From contig NW_002060949.1 in assembly GCF_000150275.1 (NCBI RefSeq), positions 3,850,449 through 3,914,448 on the forward strand: a stretch of DNA of 64,000 nucleotides, read 5' to 3'. Both the position numbers and the translations under genes were made by a program. This DNA is from Trichoplax adhaerens. Taxonomy: Eukaryota; Animalia; Placozoa. This document shows, one piece after another, positions 52,648-64,000 of this stretch; positions within the stretch are counted from its first letter, which is position 1, and each line of letters opens with the position of its first letter. The notes below the pieces were generated by a model. That model searched no databases. It had not been told where the DNA came from and worked only from the letters and a program-made list of their open reading frames with translations.

Positions 52648-55600
52648 TCAGTATATATCATTATAGGCTGGGAGATCACCGGGACCAGCAGGGGCAGAAG
52701 GTTGTGCACTATAGGGAGGCATCGGACTGGTTTGTGCATTCAGTCTAAAATCAATAGTTCCATGGGCTGCGACTGGAGAAGTGGCCCTAGCAGTATTTTG
52801 AGTTGGTGGAGATGGATTCGATGGAGGAGGATTAGTAATTTCGGATGTTTCGTCAGTAGGGCGGGCAATGGCATGCGTTATGGTATCAATTCTCTAGCAA
52901 AATTGTAATTGAATGGATAATAGTATACAAATTGTTAATTTGATTTCGATTGTGGAGTAGCATTTAGTGGGTACATAAGTTTACATATACAATTATGGCA
53001 ATAATCGTATGAAGCTTTATGTAGCTATGATTTCTTACCGATGTTACACTCCATAATTGTCCAGACATGAGAATACCTAACAAACTGAGAATAGCTGAAA
53101 TACAGTAGACTACAGCTAGACCGGCATTTATAATAAATATGTCGGTTATTATTTTACTATGCGTAGTCACGGCATAATACGTCGATATCAAACATCCAAC
53201 GGCAGCCATTGTAGACGATAGCATAGGTAATAAAATGGTAAAACAATTCTGCAAGAAAAGAATAACCCGATTGGACTTAGATATTGACTAGTATAGAAGC
53301 CACAGTATAAAAACACGAAACGATTGCAAAGCGTTTTAAAATGATACCGCAATGTACTATAATTCTACTGATAGTTAATTCAATTCGCTTACTAGGACTA
53401 TACAAGCGCGTTCATCAAGAATTTTATCGATTGACTTTGTTTACGAAAGATCAAGGTAGTTTGATAGGCTAAATTTCTACATTGCATTGCATATTATGCA
53501 TTAGTATCACATATCTCTTTTTTATTGTTTAACTCTGCTGAAAGTTAGTGTAATCCAGTCTACTGTAAGAAGAAGTGAAATATTTTAAATCGTGTGCAAG
53601 TAGGAAGCAACGGAAGCTTAGATGACATTTTTCAATCATGACATGTCATGAAATTATCATTAACTAAATGAATACCAAACACTATCCTAGTCTATATAGA
53701 ATTTTATTTGCAAATGACAGATTCTTTTTTATTAAATTACGCTTTCGGAGAAAGGCTATTTATAAGCCAGACTTACAAATTTTCTGCCATCTGATGAGGC
53801 TCTTTTATAAATATAAAGCAGTACCACCGCAGCAACTCCATCAAAAATAACCTACAATTTTAAAATAATATTAGTCTATTTGCCGAATGGAACACAGGTT
53901 AATATCAGTTATTGGCGTACGTTCGATAATTACTTGAAGAAATGAACGCTGGCACATTTTATTTTTTTTACCATCTTAACATGGAATCTAGCTTTTAACT
54001 AATTCATACGATTGTCTTTTAGTCCGTTGATGCTCTATTGGTATAACTTATTGTAGCGTAAATTGTGGTGTCTCAGCTAGACGGTAAGGTGTATAATTTA
54101 TTTATATGGCACAGGCACGGGCAAAGACTGAAATGACGAGTATTGAAAGAAAAGTTATGGCGCTACACTTGAGTTTAATATACTGAAATACTGAACCTCT
54201 TGTAATTATCTGTACTACTGAATAAAAATAATGTCCCAATTTTCAATTTTACCACGTAGATGTGTAGGAAGACATCGGATTAACTAATCTTGGGGCTAAA
54301 TACTGGATTTGATATGAAGTGCAAGACAGTACTTTCCTTTGCAGTAGCCGAAGCTACTTCATTCTTAGGATTAAAGTTCTGTACTACCAGTTTACTCGTG
54401 TACGCAAAAGAAATATGACGCTCCACTGTACACCTCGTATTCTACAGAATGATATTCTGTATCGACTCTTTCATATCATTTTTACTATAGGGTTAAGACT
54501 AGAAATTCTAGAATTATACCTCGAATAATTATAGTCATAAAAGTACAGTAGAAGGAATCAAGAGTACAAGTATAGATTGAATCAATACTGTGAACTATAC
54601 CTTCATCAATAGAATACAGTAGTACTATCCCGAATACGCGTATGTCATTTCCAATAGAATGACTTGCTGTCATCAGGAAAATACTTGAATGGGAATAAAA
54701 GTGTGACAGAAGATTCTTAGACAGTAAAAGATGGTATTCAAAGATGAGAATCTACCGTCTATCCCATCTGCAATGGATGACTGTCATAGTGAAAAAAAAT
54801 GCCTTAGGGTCAGCGATATCTTGTTATTGAGTAATGCTTACGTGGTCAAGATTAATTGATTGCGGGCTAATTGCTGTGAAGAATAACTGCAAGTGATCGG
54901 TGGAACATACATGGCACTAGGTCTAGTTGAAAGATTGTAGCTTGCGTGTTTCTATTCTAAGCGTACACGAAGAAATGCACACAAGTCTATATTCTATCAA
55001 TCTGCTAGTTTCGGATAAGCTTAAAGTTGGACTATCTAGAGATGTTCCATTATATTCATTACCGAATCCACGCAATGAAATGGATAGCTAATGATGCAAT
55101 GTAGTACACAGATTTACACTCATTCGTTCACCTTTTTTTACTATCGAATAGGAAGAAAATAGAACATTGAACCTCAAATTCATTCAAAGTACGTAAAGAA
55201 TTTGTAATGAATCGATGGATTTTCCTAATAAAACATTCGATTATACCATTACACCTGCAAAAGTGCATTATTCTAGCCTTGGTTATTTTTTTTTCACGAA
55301 ATGACAAAGAACATGAATGTAGAAAAGCACTGCCAACACCATACTTACGCGTATACTGTATCAGCAATAAACAATAAACTATTGGCAATGACTCGCTTCT
55401 CTGTGTGATTTCTCATTTTCAATTAATTGGTGGAATAGGGGAAAATTCTTATTCAATGAGTAAGGCGGTAGGGGCAAACAGACATTGTTCGAGGCAGTAC
55501 TGCCTTAAGATAGCTAGTGTAAATTGTATCGACGTTGAAATTGAACGAAAAATTAAAAGTAATGACTTATTTCTCGATGTTATTGCCATATCGAATTAAT

Positions 55601-56896
55601 TGGTGGAATAGGGGAAAATCCATATTCAATGGGTAAGGCGGTAAAATTAAAGCTTAATTGGCTTTATTCAAGGCAGTGCTACCTTTTCCCCCCTCGTCCC
55701 TTGCTAGAGTAAATTGTATAGACATTGAAATAGAATAAAAAAGATAGTTTGGCCGTATTCCACACGATATACTTCCATACTCTGGTATTATGAAAATGGA
55801 TTTTTACAGACGGCGCTCTCTATCAAGTCCGCAGTATCGACTGTTATCGTTAACGAACGAAAATTAGAAAGATTGCAAACAGTTTGAGCGGTACTGTATC
55901 ACCATAGTACCAGTATCGATCATGGATTCTTTTATTTTCAGGAATCAACTTTAGTATCTATGACTGGCTAATGCAAGTCCATTTCTAAAGTACTTTTGAA
56001 GTGGAGAAACGAGAGGACATTACTATACTACACTTATGAAGACGACTCTTGATATAGAGAGGCGGGCGGAGGGGACTTATTGAAGATATTATTGGCTACA
56101 CTTTGAAGTCGACACAGTATTGTAGTGCTAGTTGTGTCGAACAGCAAATTTGAACTAATGACTTATTAATCCAATCGGAATGATATCGACAACAACTAAT
56201 CGAAAGTTAGAGTCCGTAATTTGATCGAGTAGAGTACAAGATGATCCCTTTTTAATGTACAGTATTCCACAGTAACATTCATTTATAAGAATAGTTACTA
56301 ACGTCAGTACAGTACAGAGACCTAATCTTGATTGTGTTAAAGTCAACAACCTTATCTAACAAGGTAATCACTAATGTGTAATACGCAATGTGTAGTGCCA
56401 ATCATTAATGCATAAGATCGTTGTATGGATAATCTATAAGCCAAGTTTTTACTTATTATAGTCGAGTTCCTCAATCTCTAGTTTTGACACTGATCTCTCA
56501 ACCAAAGTAATACAATAGCCTATTATTATCTAACAACGTTTAGATTACTGTGAATTTTATTACATCCACTCGATCATGATCGACATGATGCATTTGCACA
56601 AGCGATAAGAAAGAGCAAGCTAAGGAGTCAAAAATGAATCATTAATCAATCCATTTGGTACTTACTTGTCCACTGATAGAATAATATAAAATTCGGTAGG
56701 CCAATTGGTATTTTTGCAAGACTGAACTCACGATGTTGACGGCCATGGTGACCAAACCAAGTACTGAGGAAATGGAAAGTAGAGCTACTGCGGCGATAAA
56801 GTAGCGTCGTTGATTGATAAGCAATGACCTCTTTCTGGCGTCGTTAGCAGGCGAATTAGACGGTCGTGAATTTTCTCGTTGTCGTTCAATGGCCAT
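52648..56896 (-). CDS. Tetraspan family member 4 with PSAP and LPxY motifs, 253 aa
   Basis: Minus-strand exons 56896-56666, 53851-53777 (VIFDGVAAVVLLYIYKRASSDGRKF), 53248-53039 and 52893-52648; canonical sites, phase 0. Tail ends SPMPPYSAQPSAPAGPGDLPAYNDIY*. Confidence 0.87.
55421..55735. repeat. Two-copy tandem duplication (period about 173 bp), intronic
   Basis: aattaattggtggaataggggaaaat...tattcaatg.gtaaggcggta...gctag.gtaaattgtat.gac.ttgaaat at about 55421 and 55594. Confidence 0.8.
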
Positions 56897-57569
56897 CGCT
56901 GACGTTGATGAAGGAAAGGGTGTTACAAGGACTGGAGTCTTGACTCACTAATTTGTTATTTGGGTTGTAATCCAATCCAATTCCCTGGTGGTGTCGACAC
57001 CAACAGAGTAATATCAATTGATCCTAGAAGGAATTGATTTGAAATGGCAAAAAGTCTATCGACAAACACCAACTACAAGGTGGAATGATTGCAATCGTCC
57101 AGTGGATTGTTCGCTTGCACTTTGACAACAATCGATGATTAATTCAAAATGGTTGATTTTTATTCCATCAACATTCTACATACTGCCCTTGTAAGCAGCA
57201 ATCTTCCTCACCTATCAATGACTACCGATTCACGAAATGAGAGGCGAATTCAGTCGCGATCTTGTACATGGACCATTCACTTTCTTCTCGATCAATGATG
57301 GCAAGGAGTTGCCGAAACCTTTATAGCAACAAGCTCGAAAGTAAAGCAATCAATAAAATAAAATAAATACTGTAAATAAATACTGCAATGCAAATAGAAG
57401 AGAGCTTGTGCAGTACCGGTACCAACTCGCTGTTAACTGTACACTGTACAGTAGTACTATCAAAAGAGTTAGGAACGTACAGTACTGCACTCGTAGAGTA
57501 GGAACGGAGCCGCTATACAGTACTACGGACTGCTAAATTAAACAGCATACTGTACTGTAGTTATCCATG

Positions 57570-59032
57570 GCCGTACCGGACTGTTACCGTACATTGGACA
57601 GTACGGTCCGGTACGGCACGGCTCGGCACGGTACTGGTTGGGTAATTTACAGACTGAAAGTGCTGATGGAAATGAAAATAAATTAGCTACTGCACAGTAC
57701 ATGACTGCACTGGTAATACAACACTGTACAATAGACCCATCATGGTTAACATCCACTACAGTAGTGGACACTGGACAGATGTACTGACTGGGACCCAACT
57801 AGTCCAACAGCATTGTTCGTAATGATGTCATCCATCTCCAACTTTTTTCTTTCGCAGTGGCACAGTACACTATATGTCCAAGTCGGGCTGAAAAGAGCGA
57901 CCGGAAATGGTCGTTAGGGTAGATTATTTTGCTGGCTAAATTGCATTGGACCTGATGTGTACGGTACAATAGACGCATAATGATAAACATCCACCAGTAG
58001 ACAGGTGTACTGACTGCGACCCGACTGGTCCCAATGACAGTGTTGGTTATGACGTCATCCTTGTCCAACTTTTTGCTTTTGGGAATGCCACAGTACTGTA
58101 CCAGTCGGGCTGAAGAGAGCGAACGGAAATGGTCTTTAAGGTAGACCATTTTGCTGGCTAAATTCAACAGGACCTGATGTACGGCACAGTACTGGTTGGG
58201 TAATTACAAACTGTAAAAGAGTGGATGGAAAAGAAATACAAAATGTGATGAGTCTGGAAATGAAAATAAATTAGCTATTGTACAGTACAATGTACAGTAC
58301 TGTACAGTACAATACTGCACAATAAAGACCTTAGACTGTAGACTGTACACTGTACAGGTGTACTCTACTCACTGGGTCCCAACTAGTCCCAGCGACAGGG
58401 TTCGTTATGATCTCATCCATGTCCAAAGTTTTTTCTTTTGAGAATGGCACAGTACAAATTGGGCTGAAGACAGCGACCGAAAATGTCCAAGTCGGGCTGA
58501 AAAGAGCGACCGGAAATGGTCGTTAACAGTGTTGGTTATGACGTCATCCTTGTCCAACTTTTTGCTTTTGGGAATGCCACAGTACTGTACCAGTCGGGCT
58601 GAAGAGAGCGAACTGAAATGGTCTCTAGGCTAAGTACAGTAGACCATTTTGCTGGCTAAATTCAACAGGACCTGATGTACGGCACAGTACTGGTTGGGTA
58701 ATTACAAACTGTAAGAATGGATGGAAAAGAAATACAAAATGTGATGAGTCTGGAAATGAAAATAAATTAGCTATTGTACAGTACAATGTACAGTACTGTA
58801 CAGTACAATACTGCACAATAAAGACCTTAGACTGTAGACTGTACACTGTACAGGTGTACTATACTTCACTGGGTCCAAACTAGTCCCAGCGACAGGGTTC
58901 GTTATGATCTCATCCATGTCCAAAGTTTTTTCTTTTGAGAATGGCACAGTACAAATTGGGCTGAAGACAGCGACCGAAAATGGTCGTTAGGGTAGACTAT
59001 TTTACTGGCTAAATTCAACTGGACTTGATGTC
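57570..59032. repeat. Complex higher-order tandem repeat (two alternating modules; recent duplication of about 490 bp)
   Basis: Module A (...tcatcc.tgtccaa...gggctgaa.a.agcga.cggaaatggtc...ctggctaaatt...ggac.tgatgt) at about 57787, 58013, 58371, 58526 and 58868. Module B (cggcac.gtactggttgggtaatt...ggaaatgaaaataaattagcta) at about 57625, 58182 and 58680. Confidence 0.88.
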
Positions 59033-59228
59033 TGCAAATGCGTTCACGATACGATAGACTCCTAAAATACGAGCATCGTCTTCAAGCTTTTACTTTCATT
59101 TCTATAGGCGTAGAGTAGAGTGGAATGGCTGAAATTCAAATTAACTGACTGTAAATGTGTACAAAATAAATGGACTGGTGGAACTGGTCAACTACCTTGG
59201 TTGACCAGAGTCTACTGGGATCAACTCA

Positions 59229-60271
59229 TCAAAGTGAAAATGTTGCCGTCTTGGAATCCAAAAATTCAATTTTTGGATTATTATAAGAGCAAGGGGGCAA
59301 AAATGCCTTAATTAAGATATTAAGACAATATTTAGTGGAGGGCAGAGGAGAAATTTTAATTGAGTAATCTCTGTGAGTGCTGTACAGTACATTGTACAGG
59401 TGAGGAGAAACAACAAGAATAAGAGACAGACCCAAAATAAAAGCAAAAATAATCATCTACAAAAAGGAATGATGCAGTGTAATAATATATCTACATATAC
59501 TGGTATATACGCGTATAGAATGAAAATAAAGGGGAAATGGCGATTGGATATTGCTGTCTATAGAATTGTTTATCTTTTTTTAGAGATACGCATGTATAAA
59601 AACAGTCAAGTTCACATAAGTATTTCTTTCTTTCCTTCTAATCCCTGGTTACAATCATCACTTGCTAATGGCTAGGCATTCTTTCACCCAGTCTATTTGT
59701 TTATCATTGATCAAAGTAAAATATTGATTATAATTATTTCTTTTTCTAGTCTGCTGAAAAATTGCGTTGGCAATCATACACGTATCGACAGACCATTGTG
59801 TCGTGGAGAGATATCTTCGTATGCTAGTGCGCCATTGAAAAGCGACCACAATAAGAATGCCCATATTGTCATTATGATCGAGATGGAGTCTCGCTGATGA
59901 TCAACCGATAGTACCGTCCCAGTTATTGATGAGACCAAATTTCTCATAGCATGCAAAGGAATAGCAGCCATAGCAAACAAGTAGATCAAATATTGTGAAA
60001 GCGAGTGGAGGTCCTGTTTTATACGAGATGAAAAAAGTAGGACTGGCACAGTCACTATCGTGAACAAGAGTAATTAGCCTTCTGTATGATTGCGATACCA
60101 GTGTATTGGATGACGATATAGTTACCTTACCAATACACTGCCGTTCAAAATAGACAAAATTGCTGGCAATTTAGATCGTCCAACTCTACTTTCTTCGGTT
60201 ATTATTCCATTCCTGCCCAAATCCCTGAATAACAGTGACCTATATTCGTATATATACTTATATACGAGATG
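59229..60271 (-). CDS. Possible multi-pass membrane protein gene or pseudogene fragment (5' end not found)
   Basis: Candidate phase-0 exons 60271-60131 (donor gtaagg), 60013-59780 (good acceptor; two hydrophobic helices QYLIYLFAMAAIPL and ISIIMTIWAFLLWSLF) and 59456-59229 (cctttttgtag|ATG; IIFAFILGLSLILVV). No start exon identified. Confidence 0.4.
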
Positions 60272-61247
60272 CTATCCGCAAAGCATGTTATTGAGTGGAG
60301 TAGCTATCGAAACTTTCACTACACAGTACACATAGGACAATACGAATTTAATAGCAACATCAGGTCTTGCAATGATCGGCATAGCTAGCACTTGTCATAC
60401 AATTTCCACACTCACTCTACAGTACTCCAAGCTCTGTTGTAGTACTGATAGTTGATAAATACATGAAGAATGAGAAATTCATGATTTACCTACAACTCTA
60501 TCAATGACTAGAGTTAAAACACTTCAACAACTGCCAAAGTCATGCAAAGGATTGCCTACAAAGGATCTTACATCTAGCCCAAATTATCAAAAAGTAATTT
60601 GTACAATTATAATTAAGCTACATTATAATTATCACCATTACTAACCATCTAATACTCTACCACACCGAAGTTTAGCTAAGCCGATACTACACCCGTCTGC
60701 GGAACAAACCAAGTCTATTTAACTTGTTACTATAGAAACTTATTCTTATGATCATGGAAAGAATTGTACCAGTGTTATTAGCCAATAGTCATGGCTTTGT
60801 AATGTATAGTATTGTGATAGTGTATCTTATTAAAGTAATGAAATCCGTATGAGCGAGAGTAAATACAATAAGGAAGCGAAACTGCATCTTTTATTTGTCC
60901 CAGATGTTGCCTCTCGGCTATTACTGTAGTATTACTCATCGTTGAATCAAAAATACAGTATTTAGAAATAGTATTAATTTTATCATCGTGTGGCTTGTAA
61001 GTTCTATATGATTGACTAAATAAAGTTGTCAATTAATCATTATGTTTAAGAAAGACAAATCGTAGTGAATGATATTAACGTAGCGCTGATGAAATAATTG
61101 CCTACAGAAATACGCGTATTCTCAATTTTCCCCCTACTAGGAAAGTGTAATGTCGTCTTCATGTATCTCATATTTCGTCACATAAAGTGATCTTCCAAAG
61201 CAGTAATTGCATGCTGTTATAAAAATACTTCAAGTTGCAGTCTACCG

Positions 61248-62903
61248 ATGGCGATCTCAATGGCCCCTACAACGAGACAGCAAGCTTTAACAGCTGTAAG
61301 GCCAGTTGTACGCAGAATTTTTTTGTGCTGGACTTTCGAATTAATTGTTGGCTTTATTCACATTGGCCTTGCTCTACCAACATATTACCAAATCAATTAT
61401 GACGTTCGTTATCTAGTCATATTTATTACTACGGGCGGCTTGGTAAGTAAAAGTCGTTAAGAAAAGATTTAATCTCATTATGATGAATAATTCTAAGAAT
61501 CAATTTGTTAATGTGAAAGCTAGCACTGTATAACCAAACATTAATATTAAATGGAGGTGACGTAATTTAATACTGATAGTATCAATTTACCCCGGCGTCG
61601 CCATTCAACTTGATTCGACAGATGAAAGAATAAGATAAAATTGATTTTTGTTTACTAAAATCTTGGAACGAAACTATAACTATTATCAACCAACTTTATA
61701 ATTTCCTATCCATCAATATCCTATAAATATGTGTATTGCTTTATCAAATTAATTTCTCTAGACAATTTTTTTCAACATCCATTTTATCTGGAAGCTTAAG
61801 AATCATCGTGATCAACAAAGTCTACATGACATGGTAGGTCATCGTTAAAATCATATATCCAAGAAACACACAAATTAATTAAACTGATAACAATCGAATA
61901 TCAGAATTGAGCCTTAATATTGATTTTCAACAATTTTTACAGTCATGGATATCCTATTTTCTACCGGCTTTAACAGCTTCTATGGCTGGTGTCTCAGCCC
62001 TATTAACCATTTTCCTTATGGCTAATTCAAATACTCAACTCTCCGTAATACTATTTATATCGCAATCCGCTTCATTTGCTATTAATGTAGCGTTAAATTT
62101 TGCTGGACTATATGGATTAGCGAAAATTTATACAAAATTGAATCCCCAGGTAACTACTACTTTTGAGACAATATCTTCTTTCTAGCCAATACTTAGACGG
62201 ATTATCAATAAAACTAATATTTACAGTAAAGCTTTAGTACCAAGACAAATGTCTTGCATCTTAGTCTAAATTGACTGCAACATGTAATCTACATTTTAAA
62301 ATACTGTATGGAGATGTATAATTAATTTATCGTCAAAATTATTTTATAGAAAAACAACACTCAGAGGGCGATTGCACCAGCTACTGCTGATGAAGATATA
62401 CAACTTTTAACGCAAAATCCTCATCTTAATCAGATAATCGAGTACGGAACCCAACAAGGTTTCGACAACGATAATACAGTTAGTGATGCTGAGAAACTTC
62501 GATTCAACCGTATCGAAGAGATAATGGCAGAGTACAAGCCGTAGTTTCCATAACCCGTGAAACTAATATTATTCATCATCATCATCGATATGAAGGAAAT
62601 GCTACTAGACCCGATGTTCCACGTAGCAGAAATACACTACCCCGAATTACTCATTCTACCGTTGACGCTACCGCACCGGAATTACCTTCTGAAGAGGAGC
62701 ATTACGGAACAAATTATGCCATCGAAAGGCACGATCCACAATCATCGGATATATCAAGGGAACCTTTACAAAAACCCGTTCTACCAAATATTACGCAACA
62801 GGCACATGCATTGAATGCACCCTCTGATAATGTAAATAAGAACGAGGACGGAGTTGGACTACCGTCATATAATGAAATATTTTCATCTCAAGAGAAACAG
62901 TGA
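61248..62903 (+). CDS. Tetraspan family member 5; last exon appears frameshifted before the LPSY tail
   Basis: Exons 61248-61442, 61762-61833, 61943-62149 and 62350 onward; phase 0. The entry frame stops at 62542-62544. The -1 frame is open 62493-62903 and ends GLPSYNEIFSSQEKQ*, matching the family's terminal motif. Confidence 0.8.
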
Positions 62904-64000
62904 TCAAGGGATGCCGTAGTAGTTGTTCTTGACAATACCGTAACTTAATAAATTATTTTCAAGTATATAATAAACATTTCTTCATCTTAAGACGAAAACG
63001 TTCAAAGATTATGCCATTTTATTATGAAAAATACTGCTTGCTACCTTAAATGACGGGAATCCGTTACTTCAATTGATGATTATTGAGGACATTGCATTCC
63101 AAATTAATTTAGAACAGCATTCTAATTTCAGTATTTTGTGCAAGCGAAGCTTACCTAACAATTTAAATCTTATTTATGTCTAAAATATATTTATTTCTAA
63201 TAAATAGGATAAAATATCAAGCTATTGCAGATACGTATATTGATATGGATTGTTTAACAAATGACGTTAGATCACCAAATTTAATGGAATGATTACGTAT
63301 CTCCGATTCATATAAATTAACTTTGTACACCTGTCCGCATATATTGTTGACATTAGTTGTATAGTGCTTGCATTATTGTCAAAATCGGACATCACGTTCG
63401 AATTACGGCAGTCAACACTTGACCTTTAAAGAATCCCTGTTTAATTTTGCTTTATTTATGGCGTAGAAACCTTTATTGAAAATTCTTAACATCACCAACT
63501 TAGCAATTGCTTAAATGATGCATAAGAGGACACCCTTGAGGTGGTGCTAAATTTAGCGATATACGAAATATTACAGTGATTGCTATTTAATCGAGGTAAT
63601 CATTGCATCATAAATGATACCAGTAGAATAGAATTGGCTCAGTGCTGATATCATAGTGGTTTGCAATATCATAAAACATAGTTGTTACAGGTAATACAAA
63701 TGAAATGAAATCACAGTGCAAACAAGACCGAGGTAAACAGTTATTAATTAACGAATAATGTCTTTACTACACCGTGACCAATGTTACACCCTGTCGAATA
63801 TTTTAACTTGCATGCAGTTCTGCACGGGCTTTCTGCTATCATTTACAACTCTCTAGTTCGTAAAACAACTTTTAGCTTTTGTCCTATTTATCAATATACA
63901 TATTCATATATGAATATATTGGACGCTAAGCAACATCAGCCAGTTGAGATTCTCTTCATATCATACTACAGCACAATGTTATTTTGTTGCGTATTTGATT

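Noticed and set aside
54842-54886. Alternative exon 2 for member 4 (LFFTAISPQSINLDH)
   Set aside because: Exon 53777-53851 has better splice sites, family-typical length and completes TM2.
57538-58846. Minus-strand ORFs at 57538, 57799 and 58625
   Set aside because: They lie within the modular repeat and frames are not preserved between copies.
62488-62545. Programmed -1 ribosomal frameshift
   Set aside because: No canonical X XXY YYZ slippery heptamer in the frame overlap.

Overview
AT-rich, intron-containing eukaryotic DNA. Composition, short GT-AG introns and gene content suggest an early-branching animal, possibly a placozoan (inference only). Manual splicing gives: (1) five paralogous 4-exon genes, plus a possible sixth, for small four-transmembrane MS4A/CD20-like proteins in two clusters (about 1.3-16 kb and 52.6-62.9 kb). 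All resolved introns are phase 0, and most copies end in Pro-rich tails with PPxY/LPxY motifs, one also with PSAP. The ORF track shows only fragments of these. (2) A 2-exon BED-finger/hAT transposase-derived gene with a degenerate catalytic site. (3) A probable decayed MULE remnant. (4) A 2-exon, about 1649-aa DEAH helicase-RBR E3 ligase fusion whose P-loop is split by an intron filled with a hairpin-forming satellite. (5) A 14-exon GABA-B-like class C GPCR with a divergent ligand pocket and short tail. (6) Many local tandem duplications. The best candidate for an undescribed system is the tetraspan PY/PSAP family, a putative set of Nedd4/ESCRT membrane adaptors. No RNA genes or CRISPR arrays were recognised.
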